Shown: positions 38,958 through 47,827, numbered from the stretch's first letter. The stretch: 64,000 nucleotides of DNA from an uncultured Rhizobium sp. (GCA_964444545.1 CAYUHG010000003.1:36106-100105), one strand, 5' to 3'. Translations and numbers: made by a program. Notes: generated from the sequence alone by a model not told the origin.

Positions 38958-39692
38958 TTAAGACAGTTTAGCATGTATAGGAAATGTTCTGACATTATTG
39001 TATGTCTCGCCTTCTTGTCTTTGACGATTCATCACAATTTCCATTTCATATCCTAACTCTCTAAGAATTCTTCTGTAATCTCTACAAACTGCAGCAACAC
39101 CGACGGCGCAAATATAATTACATCCACGCTCTTTTGACATATTGATACCATGTTCAATAAGTACTTTAGAAACCGTTCTATCTCTTTCATTTCTTGCTAC
39201 AACAAAAGCAGAAACTTCGCTCAAAAGCAGATTCTCTCTTTTATCGTATTTTTGAACTATACTTAAATGCGTATAATCTTCTCCGACTGTATCATTTGAC
39301 AAAACATCACACTCTCCAGAAAACATTATTCTTGTGCCACCAATAACCTCATCACCTCTTACCGCAACAATAATATGACCAGCACGATCATATTTATTTT
39401 CAGAGCCATCATAACCCTGCCAACCATTCTCTCTGTTATAAGCTTCGTGACGCATTTGATAATATTGATCTAAAAGATTTTTGTCTTTTGTAGCAAAAAC
39501 TCGTACCTCTTTTTTTACTTCTTGAGAAGAGTCAACATCGTTACTATCAACGACTGATTCAATATTATTTTGCACTGATAATGGTGATTTATTTCTCAAT
39601 TGATCAACAAAACCAACTGAATGAAATTGATTGCTAATCTCGCGATCAACAGCTGCATCCATAGATTTTAACAATCTTGCTCTATCCTGCAT
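38958..39692 (-). CDS. GNAT-fold acyltransferase resembling LuxI / N-acyl amino acid synthase (FeeM-like) enzymes
   Basis: After a ~70-aa N-terminal extension: YYQMRHEAYNRENGWQGYDGSENKYDRAGHIIVAVRGDEVIGGTRI. This fits the R..(V/A)(F/Y)...GW...E.(D/N).YD...H.......(I/V)G..R pattern of autoinducer-synthase-like GNATs. Recognition from memory only. Confidence 0.45.
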   Translation of the reverse strand: MQDRARLLKSMDAAVDREISNQFHSVGFVDQLRNKSPLSVQNNIESVVDSNDVDSSQEVKKEVRVFATKDKNLLDQYYQMRHEAYNRENGWQGYDGSENKYDRAGHIIVAVRGDEVIGGTRIMFSGECDVLSNDTVGEDYTHLSIVQKYDKRENLLLSEVSAFVVARNERDRTVSKVLIEHGINMSKERGCNYICAVGVAAVCRDYRRILRELGYEMEIVMNRQRQEGETYNNVRTFPIHAKLS

Positions 39693-39959
39693 TACACTCC
39701 GTATTTGTTAGATTTGTCTCAACTTAAGAACTTGTTAATAAAATGTTCTTTTATGTAGATAAAAAGTTTGACAGCACTGGACTGCGAAATAGAAAATCCG
39801 CAATGACTCGTGATCAACAACCTTCTGTAGACACTAAAGGCTGGTGATCAGGAATTCTAAGGTCTCAGAAAAATACAATTACTTGGAAGGCTTGTTTTAA
39901 TATAAAATCAGACATGTTTCAAAAAGGAACTAACTAACAACAAACTGATATTTAAGGCC

Positions 39960-42830
39960 TTGTCGACATCAAATCCGCAAAATATTTCTGGCTCAGAAAA
40001 CAATAACTCAAAACGTCAGGGTTTTTTGTTTCCTGTAAAAAAATTACGTCTTGGATCTTTTTGGGATAATATTTTTTACCAACTCACCATCATCTATTTT
40101 GGCAGAAATGAATATTACCAAGAAAAAATAGTCAGACGCAGCAACGACGATCCAAACTATCCAAGAAGATTTAACAAAATTTATAAACGTTACAAAAAAA
40201 TTCACCGACCAAAAAATAAAGTCGAAAGCAAAATGGACTTAGCGCAGTCCTACACAATTTTCTCCTGCGTTTTGTTGCTACTGATTCTAAGCTTACTAAC
40301 CATAAACACTTTCGTAGTTTATCGCGGATTTTGGTATAACCTCGACAATCAAGTTAAATTCCAAAGCGGCGTTATTGAAAAAGCCTCAACCTCTTTGATG
40401 GGTGCTGTAGATAACTATATCAACTATGTCGGCGACAAACTTCTTACTCTTAAAGGCGAGAAAGACAAAAACACAATCGCACACATTTTACAAAAAACTC
40501 TAAACCGTGATGCGCTGCAAAAAAACGTCTCTTCATGGATTAACATTAGCTTCGTCAACAATGATGGTAAAGTAATCATCACTTCTGATGAAGGAGTTTT
40601 AAAAACACCAATTGATCCAAACGGTTATTTTCCTGTGCGTGAAGCAAAACAGAAAAATGCTTGGCGCTTAAAAGTTGGGCAACTCACTCACATCGAAACT
40701 GACATCGCTTCTTATAACATGCTTCCAGTAGCGATGCGTATCGACTATGACGATTTGAAACCAATCGGAACTTTCATCGCACAACTTCCAACCGAAGTTA
40801 TTCAAAGACAAATCGATTGGGTTTTCGGTGATGAAGATATTTGCTACATTGTAATCGACGATCATTTCGACATGCTGGCACATTCGGCAAGCTTTGATCC
40901 TCAGGCCTTTAACAAACCTTTCTTACGTTCGAAAAATTTCCTTCACGATATTTTTGATCAAACTTTGGCGAATGATTTTCTGCCTGAACGATTTAAAATG
41001 GGCGAATGTGTATTTACTTATTCACAAAAATCTGTCGGATATCACCTCGCCACACTTACTGGCTATCATCAAAAGAAATCTTGGAAAAATCTTACCTTCC
41101 AACTTTTGATTTCAGTAGGTCAATCTGCCGCCGTAGCATTTCTTTTCATGACAACAATTTTCATTTTCAAGAGAGTGAAAATTGGACCATTCGTAACTGA
41201 ATTAATTAAAGCTCGTATCGCTGCCGAAGCTGCCAGTGTAGCGAAAAGCCAATTCCTTTCTAACATGTCGCACGAGTTGCGAACTCCGATGAACGGAATT
41301 ATCGGTATGAGTCAAGCTTTGAAAGATTCCGGTAAATTAGGTGATGAGGAACAAGATCAAATTAACACTATTTATCGCTCTTCCGATGCACTTTTGATTA
41401 TCCTAAACGACATTCTGAATTTCTCTAAAATCGAAGCCAAGAAAGTTGATCTCGAACAAATCAATTTCAATCTACGTTCATTGGTTGAAGACATCGCAGA
41501 TTTAATGTCAGTTACTGCCAACAATAAAGGTTTGGAAGTGATCGTTGATATCAGCAAAGAATTGCCAGAAAACCTGATTGGCGATCCGGGAAGAATTCGT
41601 CAAATCACTACTAACTTAGTAAATAACGCCATCAAATTTACTTCTTACGGACAAATTTTGATTCAGATCAAATTAGATAGAGTTGAGAACGACAAATATT
41701 TCGTAAACTTCAACATAAAAGACAGTGGCATCGGTATTGATCCAGCAAAGATCGGAACCATGTTCACTAAATTTACACAAGCCGACATGTCGACCACCCG
41801 AAAATATGGCGGAACTGGTTTAGGACTTTCAATTTGCAAAGAATTAACTGAATTGATGCACGGTCAAATTGGTGTCGTCAGCGACTTTGGACAAGGTTCA
41901 AATTTCTGGTTCACTTTGCCGTTACCAAAATCTGAAAGCGAAGCACAAGACTTATTCATCGAACAGAAAAAACAATTAGCCGGCCGCAAAGTTGCAGTTG
42001 TTGAAGACAACATTATCGCCAAAAAAGTTTTGGAAGGAAATCTCAGCGACTTACAAATGACTCACTGCGTTATCAGCACCCATGACATCGATTCTGCAGA
42101 AGATAAAATTAATTTTGCCGTCAGTGAACTAGAAAAATTTGCTGGATGTGAAGCAATATTAATCAGTCACAACTCTTTTTTTGGAATCAATTCTCTCGAT
42201 TTGGCTGAACGTATTCGTAGTAATGAGAAATTGAAAAATATTCCTCTGATACTGGTAATTCTGCTGCAAGAAAAAATCAAAATTCCGCCAGAAAAATTAA
42301 AATTATTTGATCGCATCATTGCCAAACCAATCAAGATGAATCGCTTGCTACAAGCTTTGTTCTTCGCTCTCAAAATCACTTATTACGAAGAAGAAGGTGT
42401 GTTGATTGAGAAAGGTGTTGCCAAAATTGAAGATCAACAAACTAAAGGCATGAAATTGTTGTTGTGTGAAGACAATGAAGTAAACATGAAAGTTGCGACG
42501 ACAATTTTAAAACGTATGGCCTTCAATATTGAATTTGCTGAAAACGGTCAAGAAGCGCTCAACAAATTCCTTCACGTTAAATATGACGTAATTCTGATGG
42601 ATTGTATGATGCCAATTATGGATGGATTTGAAGCGACAAAACGTATTCGCGAAATCGAAAAAGAAACTGGCGCACAACCAACTTGTATCATTGCATTAAC
42701 CGCAAACGCTACGGAAGAAGATCGTAAAAAATGTTTAGAACTTGGCATGAACGATTTCGTTTCCAAACCAATCAAACGCGAATCAATCGAAGAAGTAATG
42801 AAACGCTGTTTTAAGAATAGTAAGCAGTAA
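39960..42830 (+). CDS. Hybrid sensor histidine kinase: periplasmic Cache-like domain, HisKA, HATPase_c, pseudo-receiver, receiver
   Basis: TM helices around res 100-120 and 385-405 flank a ~260-aa extracytoplasmic domain. H-box [19 protein letters not shown]-box [26 protein letters not shown], and the final receiver [13 protein letters not shown] ... SKP. The start is uncertain: TTG 39960 or ATG 40233. Confidence 0.85.
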   Translation: MSTSNPQNISGSENNNSKRQGFLFPVKKLRLGSFWDNIFYQLTIIYFGRNEYYQEKIVRRSNDDPNYPRRFNKIYKRYKKIHRPKNKVESKMDLAQSYTIFSCVLLLLILSLLTINTFVVYRGFWYNLDNQVKFQSGVIEKASTSLMGAVDNYINYVGDKLLTLKGEKDKNTIAHILQKTLNRDALQKNVSSWINISFVNNDGKVIITSDEGVLKTPIDPNGYFPVREAKQKNAWRLKVGQLTHIETDIASYNMLPVAMRIDYDDLKPIGTFIAQLPTEVIQRQIDWVFGDEDICYIVIDDHFDMLAHSASFDPQAFNKPFLRSKNFLHDIFDQTLANDFLPERFKMGECVFTYSQKSVGYHLATLTGYHQKKSWKNLTFQLLISVGQSAAVAFLFMTTIFIFKRVKIGPFVTELIKARIAAEAASVAKSQFLSNMSHELRTPMNGIIGMSQALKDSGKLGDEEQDQINTIYRSSDALLIILNDILNFSKIEAKKVDLEQINFNLRSLVEDIADLMSVTANNKGLEVIVDISKELPENLIGDPGRIRQITTNLVNNAIKFTSYGQILIQIKLDRVENDKYFVNFNIKDSGIGIDPAKIGTMFTKFTQADMSTTRKYGGTGLGLSICKELTELMHGQIGVVSDFGQGSNFWFTLPLPKSESEAQDLFIEQKKQLAGRKVAVVEDNIIAKKVLEGNLSDLQMTHCVISTHDIDSAEDKINFAVSELEKFAGCEAILISHNSFFGINSLDLAERIRSNEKLKNIPLILVILLQEKIKIPPEKLKLFDRIIAKPIKMNRLLQALFFALKITYYEEEGVLIEKGVAKIEDQQTKGMKLLLCEDNEVNMKVATTILKRMAFNIEFAENGQEALNKFLHVKYDVILMDCMMPIMDGFEATKRIREIEKETGAQPTCIIALTANATEEDRKKCLELGMNDFVSKPIKRESIEEVMKRCFKNSKQ

Positions 42831-42852
42831 GTCATTCAAGTTACAAATCACA

Positions 42853-42892
42853 AAAAAAAGCCGCTGCAACTTTTCAGTTACAGCGGCTTTTA
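42853..42892. terminator. Bidirectional rho-independent terminator
   Basis: A-run, then stem gccgctgcaact (42860-42871) / agttacagcggc (42876-42887) with one mismatch, then tttt. Lies between the convergent hybrid kinase and FadL-like genes. Confidence 0.65.
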
Positions 42893-42918
42893 AACTTCAA
42901 AAGAAGATTTTTTAAAAA

Positions 42919-44139
42919 CTAAAATTCTTTTTTCAAAGCCAGCGAGAACACATCCACTTTGGTTTTGTAGTGAACGTTGATATCTTGAGTTGTACTGCCA
43001 TTTCCTTTCAAATTAGTAACGGCATTTCTGTAGAATTGATGTAAGTAAGTTGCGTCAACTGACAATGTTTTTGAGAATTTATAATTGAAACCAATTGAAG
43101 TCCAAACTTTGTCCGATGAAGGAACTGCCGGATTTCTGTTGGCATCAGTCATCGCTTCTTTTTCATAAGCCAAACCAGTTCTTAGCAACCATTTGTCGTT
43201 AAGTGTGAAATTGGCACCAACTGAATGTAAGAAAGAATCATGCCAGTTGAAAGATGAAGTCGCACTTAAGTTTGAATTTTGATAAGCATTAACTTGCAAA
43301 CTTTTCAAACGTGACCAACGCGTCCAAGTTAAATCATAAGCCAATTCAGTTGCCGGATTTAATTTGTAAGCTGTACCAATAGTTAAAGATTCTGGTGTCG
43401 AAGTTTTAGCCTGCATGTCCGAATATCCAAAGCCATGCGCTTGAACAGTTCCAACGATATTGTGATCGATTTTTGAACGATAACCAATACCAAATTTCAG
43501 ATTTTCTGTTGCCTGATATTTTGCACCCAAATTGAAACCATAACCCCAATCGCTACCTTGAACTTTAGTGTAATAAGTCGAAGCCGTGCTGCTAGTAAGT
43601 TGTGATCTATAATATTGCGCTTGGAAACCAGCACCCAAAGACAAATCTTTATTCACTTTATAAGAAACGCTTGGGTTGATGTTGATTGTTGTAATTGAAC
43701 TTGCGATCGCACGATCCAAACCTTGCCAATTATCAGTATATCTAGTTGCCAAACCAAATGGCGAAGTAATTGCTAAACCAAAAACCGCATCTTCGTTAAT
43801 TCTTTTCGCAACGTAAAGAGCTGGAACAACTCCATTTACACCGGCATCGTGAACGTTAGCAGTTTTTGAAGTTCCATCAGATTTGCTGCCGCCATTAGTA
43901 TTAATTTTTAAATCTAAATAGCTTGCCGACAAAACAAACTCACCATTCTCAACATCTGACAAAATAGCTGGGTTAAAAAACATATCGCTGACATCATGAA
44001 TACCAGTCACTGATCCGGCATAAGAGTTTGCCAAACCTGAAGTTGAAGTCAGTTCTGTAGAATAGCCAGCAGCCATAGCATCGCCACCAGCGATGACCAA
44101 AGCCAAAGACGTCACAAAAAGTTTTTTATTTAGTTTCAT
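42919..44139 (-). CDS. FadL/OMPP1/TodX family outer-membrane transporter for hydrophobic compounds
   Basis: Signal peptide, N-terminal hatch motif LANSYAGSVTGIHDVSDMFFNPA, an alternating beta-strand pattern, and C-terminal KKEF. Confidence 0.8.
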   Translation of the reverse strand: MKLNKKLFVTSLALVIAGGDAMAAGYSTELTSTSGLANSYAGSVTGIHDVSDMFFNPAILSDVENGEFVLSASYLDLKINTNGGSKSDGTSKTANVHDAGVNGVVPALYVAKRINEDAVFGLAITSPFGLATRYTDNWQGLDRAIASSITTININPSVSYKVNKDLSLGAGFQAQYYRSQLTSSTASTYYTKVQGSDWGYGFNLGAKYQATENLKFGIGYRSKIDHNIVGTVQAHGFGYSDMQAKTSTPESLTIGTAYKLNPATELAYDLTWTRWSRLKSLQVNAYQNSNLSATSSFNWHDSFLHSVGANFTLNDKWLLRTGLAYEKEAMTDANRNPAVPSSDKVWTSIGFNYKFSKTLSVDATYLHQFYRNAVTNLKGNGSTTQDINVHYKTKVDVFSLALKKEF

Positions 44140-44289
44140 AGATTTTTTTTATTGTTGAGAAGTAACACGATCAGCAAAAAAAATTGCTTGGTGAGCAGTT
44201 TCATAAACAACAAAAAAAATACACAACGCTATCGTCAGAGAAATTTACTAACAAAAACAAACTGTCACAAAATGCAAAACACCAATTTT

Positions 44290-46107
44290 CTAATGTGTTG
44301 TTGATTTAGTTAGATTCTTCGCAATCAGCTGCATCAAATAATCCGGCTCATCACCTTTGATAAAATAGTCGTTTATTGCAGAGTTTACACCACATTGATC
44401 ATCGTCACCACTAATTGCGATAATTGGGATCGCGTGCTTTTGATCAATTTTATTTTCCCTCTCCAAACTTCTAATTTCCGCTGCAACTTCATGACCATTT
44501 TTCAGCGGCATCGAAATATCAGTTAGAATCAAATCAAATTTTGATTCACCATTTTCGCTTAAATTATTTTTATAAATCTTCAGTAACTCATAACCGTTTC
44601 TGACCTTGGTAACATTCATGCCAAACGATGTCAGATTTGTTTCCATCGCAATCAAATTCAATTCGCGATCATCCGCAATCAACACTTCTTTTCCGCTTAA
44701 TAATTCGATTAAATCTGCACGAGATATTTTATTTTCTGGCAAAATTTCTGCTGGTTTTGAGCGAATATTTTTAACTTCAATTTGTGAAATTTGCGGAAAC
44801 AACAAACTAAATTTTGTCCAACCATTTTCTCTTTGGCCATTTTCTCTTTGGCCATTTTCTCTCCGGCTATTTTCACCTTCACCAAATTCTGATTCGCAAA
44901 TAATATCCCCACCAAATGCTTTCATATTGCGCCTACAAAATGCTAGCCCCAAGCCAGTTCCGCTTTTCTTTCCTGATGTATAAAAATCACCAAATAAATT
45001 TTCGATTTCTTGCGCAGCAATTCCCGGACCATTATCTTCAACGTAAATCACGTTATAGTTCTGACCCTTCAGAACTCTTTTTTCGATGCCGACTTTCACC
45101 ATCAAATTGGAAAATTGCGCATCGTAATAAAGTGAATTTTTCAAAAGATTATAAATGATGAATGACAGCCTGTCCGGCACAGCTTTGAAGAAAAAATCAT
45201 CCTGAGAATTTATCGATATCTTTACTTTTTTTCTTTCTTGCTGTTGTGCATAACCATATTGCTCAACAATCCGCGGCAAAATTTCACTCGCTCTTAAATA
45301 AGAAAATTCTGCAAAATTAATCGGTTTTTTCTGCAAGTCTGAGAGAGCAATATTAATAATTGCGTTGGCTTGTTTGATTGTGTCCGAAACCAACTGCATC
45401 GAATTTTCAATCTTAACAATATCAAAATTTTTAGAATTTTTGGCCTTCGATTTAACGTCCGAAATTGTTAAATTAATCGCATTCAAAGGATTACGCATTT
45501 CGTGAACTAGAGAAGCTGTAAGAGACAACATCTCACTATATAATTTTTCGATCGCCACCGCCCTGCCGCTATAATTAAAACACATGCCAACAAAGCCGCT
45601 GAAAACTATACAAATTAGATACGCTGAAACATCGAACTGCGGATGAAGATCAGAAAAATTTCCGCCACTAATCAAGAAAGCCAGAATCGCACCACCAACA
45701 CCAATCATTAAATCGATAAGATAAATCAACCAATTAGGCACACACAAAGCCAGCAACAAAACACCAAATATTTCCCAATAAAGCCAAACTTCGTGAAAGT
45801 TATTTTTCAGTAAATTGTAAGTGAAAACAAACGGCAAAGAATTGATCACCATCAAATGCCAATAAAATGGAAAATATTTTTCACGCAAGCGAGGCGACAA
45901 TAAATAATTTCCCGCCACACTAACACAAATTAGCGATGCCGCCAACCTTACATAAATATTTTCGTGAAGACCAAAAGCGTATTTATAAACAAAGTAAAAA
46001 ACAAAATGCGCAATCCCACCAGTCAAAGCAGCCGTAAGAATCGTCGGCTTACCAATCAAAGTTCCTTCTTGCCAGGCATTGATCAGAAACTGTTTTAGAT
46101 TCGACAC
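44290..46107 (-). CDS. Hybrid sensor kinase A: CqsS/LqsS-like multi-helix membrane sensor, kinase core, receiver
   Basis: GTG start. About 6 TM helices (YFPFYWHLMV, LPFVFTYNLLKNNFHEVWLYWE), H-box LVHEMRNPLNAI, IYNLLKNSLYY, GTGLGLAFCRRNMKAFGGDIICES, WTKFSLLFPQ, receiver LILTDISMP. The CqsS-likeness is judged from remembered motifs. Confidence 0.75.
   Translation of the reverse strand: MSNLKQFLINAWQEGTLIGKPTILTAALTGGIAHFVFYFVYKYAFGLHENIYVRLAASLICVSVAGNYLLSPRLREKYFPFYWHLMVINSLPFVFTYNLLKNNFHEVWLYWEIFGVLLLALCVPNWLIYLIDLMIGVGGAILAFLISGGNFSDLHPQFDVSAYLICIVFSGFVGMCFNYSGRAVAIEKLYSEMLSLTASLVHEMRNPLNAINLTISDVKSKAKNSKNFDIVKIENSMQLVSDTIKQANAIINIALSDLQKKPINFAEFSYLRASEILPRIVEQYGYAQQQERKKVKISINSQDDFFFKAVPDRLSFIIYNLLKNSLYYDAQFSNLMVKVGIEKRVLKGQNYNVIYVEDNGPGIAAQEIENLFGDFYTSGKKSGTGLGLAFCRRNMKAFGGDIICESEFGEGENSRRENGQRENGQRENGWTKFSLLFPQISQIEVKNIRSKPAEILPENKISRADLIELLSGKEVLIADDRELNLIAMETNLTSFGMNVTKVRNGYELLKIYKNNLSENGESKFDLILTDISMPLKNGHEVAAEIRSLERENKIDQKHAIPIIAISGDDDQCGVNSAINDYFIKGDEPDYLMQLIAKNLTKSTTH
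44823..44882 (-). repeat. In-frame 15-bp tandem repeat encoding (RENGQ)n inside kinase A
   Basis: On the + strand: ccattttctctttgg x2, ccattttctctccgg, then a degenerate unit. Protein reads GENSRRENGQRENGQRENGWTKF. Confidence 0.85.
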
Positions 46108-46223
46108 AGGAATTAAAATTTGGTTAAATTGAGATTGGGATGATGTGATTTATTACAAATGATTATCAACTTACGCAGTTCTTAAAATTTCACTTAAGCG
46201 CAACAGAAAACTAATTTTCAAAG

Positions 46224-47543
46224 ATGATCAATTTCGTAAAAAAAGCTTTTGCTGAAGGCACAAGTATAGAAAGATATAACATACTTGCCGCAGTTTTTTT
46301 AGGCTCACTTGCACATATGTCGCTGTGGTTTTTATACAGCTTTGTTTTTCCAATGAAGTTTGAGAGTTTTTATTTGAGATTATTTCTCTCAATTCTGTGC
46401 TCTGTAGCTTATTCTTACAAATATCTGCCACAAAAAATCAGAACTCACTATTTTCCAATTTATTGGCACTTCATGGTAATGATGGCTTTGCCTTGTCATT
46501 GCACGTTTCTTCTACTTATGAATGATTTTCATCCATCATATTTATATTGGGAAATTTTTTGTGTGGTCACCATGATAATTTATATACCACACTGGTTTGC
46601 TGCCCTGACAAATCTTTTTGTTTCTTTAGTTTTAGCAGTTGTTGCTTACTACATAATGTCTCCAGAACCATATTTGATAGGCCTTATTCATGGTTTTGAT
46701 TATGCGCCATATCTTTTGGTTTTTTCTTTTGCCACTTTTTCCAGTATGATTTTTTCTCATGCAAACAGAACTACCTGGCTGGAAAAACAACAAAAACAAC
46801 TAACCGCACTTGCCGGCTCGGTTGCTCATGAATTGCGCAATCCACTTGGCGTAATCAACTCGGCACAAACGCAAATCAATTTAGTTTCTCGCACTGTCAA
46901 ATCCGAAAATTTAGACAAGTTTAAAGACAAAATCCAAAACCTCGCGCACATCATCGCTGAATCTGTAGTTCAGGCCAACGACATCATCAACCTCACCTTG
47001 TCTGACGTTACGGGAAAAAAATTCAGCTCTGATCAAATTATCAACATCGACGCCAAAACTGTGATCAATGAAATAGTCGAGAAATTTGGTTACGAAAATT
47101 CTGAGCAAAAAAATATCATAAAAATAAAGATCGACTCCTCCAACAGCTTCAACTTCAAAGCCAACCATGAACGCTTCAGCTGCATCGCTTCCAACCTAAT
47201 CCAAAACTCTCTTTATTACCTCAAAGATTTTGCAAACCTTAACATCACAATCGGCACCGAGCAAAAAGATTTCTTAGGCCAAAAATACAACGTAATCTAC
47301 TTCCTAGACAACGGACCAGGAATCAAAACCGAAAACCTCAACAACATCTTCAATGACTTCTACACCGAAGGGAAAAATAACGGAACAGGGTTGGGTTTGT
47401 CTTTCTGTAAACGTAACATGAAAGCGTTTGGCGGAGACATCATCTGCGAATCACAATTCGGTAACGTATCAAACGGCAAAAGGGAAAATGGTTGGACGAA
47501 ATTTAGTTTGTTGTTTCCGCAAGTTTTTTATTCAACTCCATAA
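46224..47543 (+). CDS. Sensor kinase B: CqsS/LqsS-like membrane sensor and kinase core, no receiver
   Basis: N-terminal YNILAAVFLGSLAHMSLWFLYSFVFPMKFESFYLR, YFPIYWHFMV, LMNDFHPSYLYWE. H-box AGSVAHELRNPLGVI, GTGLGLSFCKRNMKAFGGDIICES, WTKFSLLFPQ. Confidence 0.75.
   Translation: MINFVKKAFAEGTSIERYNILAAVFLGSLAHMSLWFLYSFVFPMKFESFYLRLFLSILCSVAYSYKYLPQKIRTHYFPIYWHFMVMMALPCHCTFLLLMNDFHPSYLYWEIFCVVTMIIYIPHWFAALTNLFVSLVLAVVAYYIMSPEPYLIGLIHGFDYAPYLLVFSFATFSSMIFSHANRTTWLEKQQKQLTALAGSVAHELRNPLGVINSAQTQINLVSRTVKSENLDKFKDKIQNLAHIIAESVVQANDIINLTLSDVTGKKFSSDQIINIDAKTVINEIVEKFGYENSEQKNIIKIKIDSSNSFNFKANHERFSCIASNLIQNSLYYLKDFANLNITIGTEQKDFLGQKYNVIYFLDNGPGIKTENLNNIFNDFYTEGKNNGTGLGLSFCKRNMKAFGGDIICESQFGNVSNGKRENGWTKFSLLFPQVFYSTP
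46809..47526 (+). repeat. Copy 1 of a ~720-bp near-identical direct repeat (kinase core of B)
   Basis: Aligns colinearly with 52842-53574 at an offset of 6033 nt. By eye there is no difference over 46947-47317. The identical antisense ORFs in the track (46911-47168 and 52977-53201) confirm this. Confidence 0.85.
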
Positions 47544-47827
47544 ATCTCTTTTTGAAACACTGTTTGGAATATCTTGAAATCAGCCATTCTGGCAGTTGTG
47601 TTTTTTTGGGATAAGAATTTTTTAATCTAATCAGATTGGCGTCTTCTTTAGATTATTATAACTCAAAAACCCTCACTTCTAAAGTTAGATTCAGTCTTCA
47701 ACTAAATTGTCTAATACAAAGGCAATAAATTTTTACAGCACTTGCGATTTTCTAATTCAAGAGCTGTGAATTTCTTCAAATACACCTCAGAGTTAGCGTT
47801 TTTTTAAACTAAAAATGGGAACAAAAA

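Noticed and set aside
44823-44882. Possible CRISPR array or phase-variation promoter repeat
   Set aside because: The units are 15 bp, directly adjacent without spacers, in frame and inside a coding region. No cas genes are present, so this is an intragenic minisatellite and not a CRISPR.
44606-44983. ORFs containing PFSLWPFSLWPFSL (44606-44983 on +, 53393-53653 on -)
   Set aside because: The striking repeat peptide is only the reverse-strand reading of the RENGQ 15-bp repeat inside kinases A and D. The kinase frames are the real ones.
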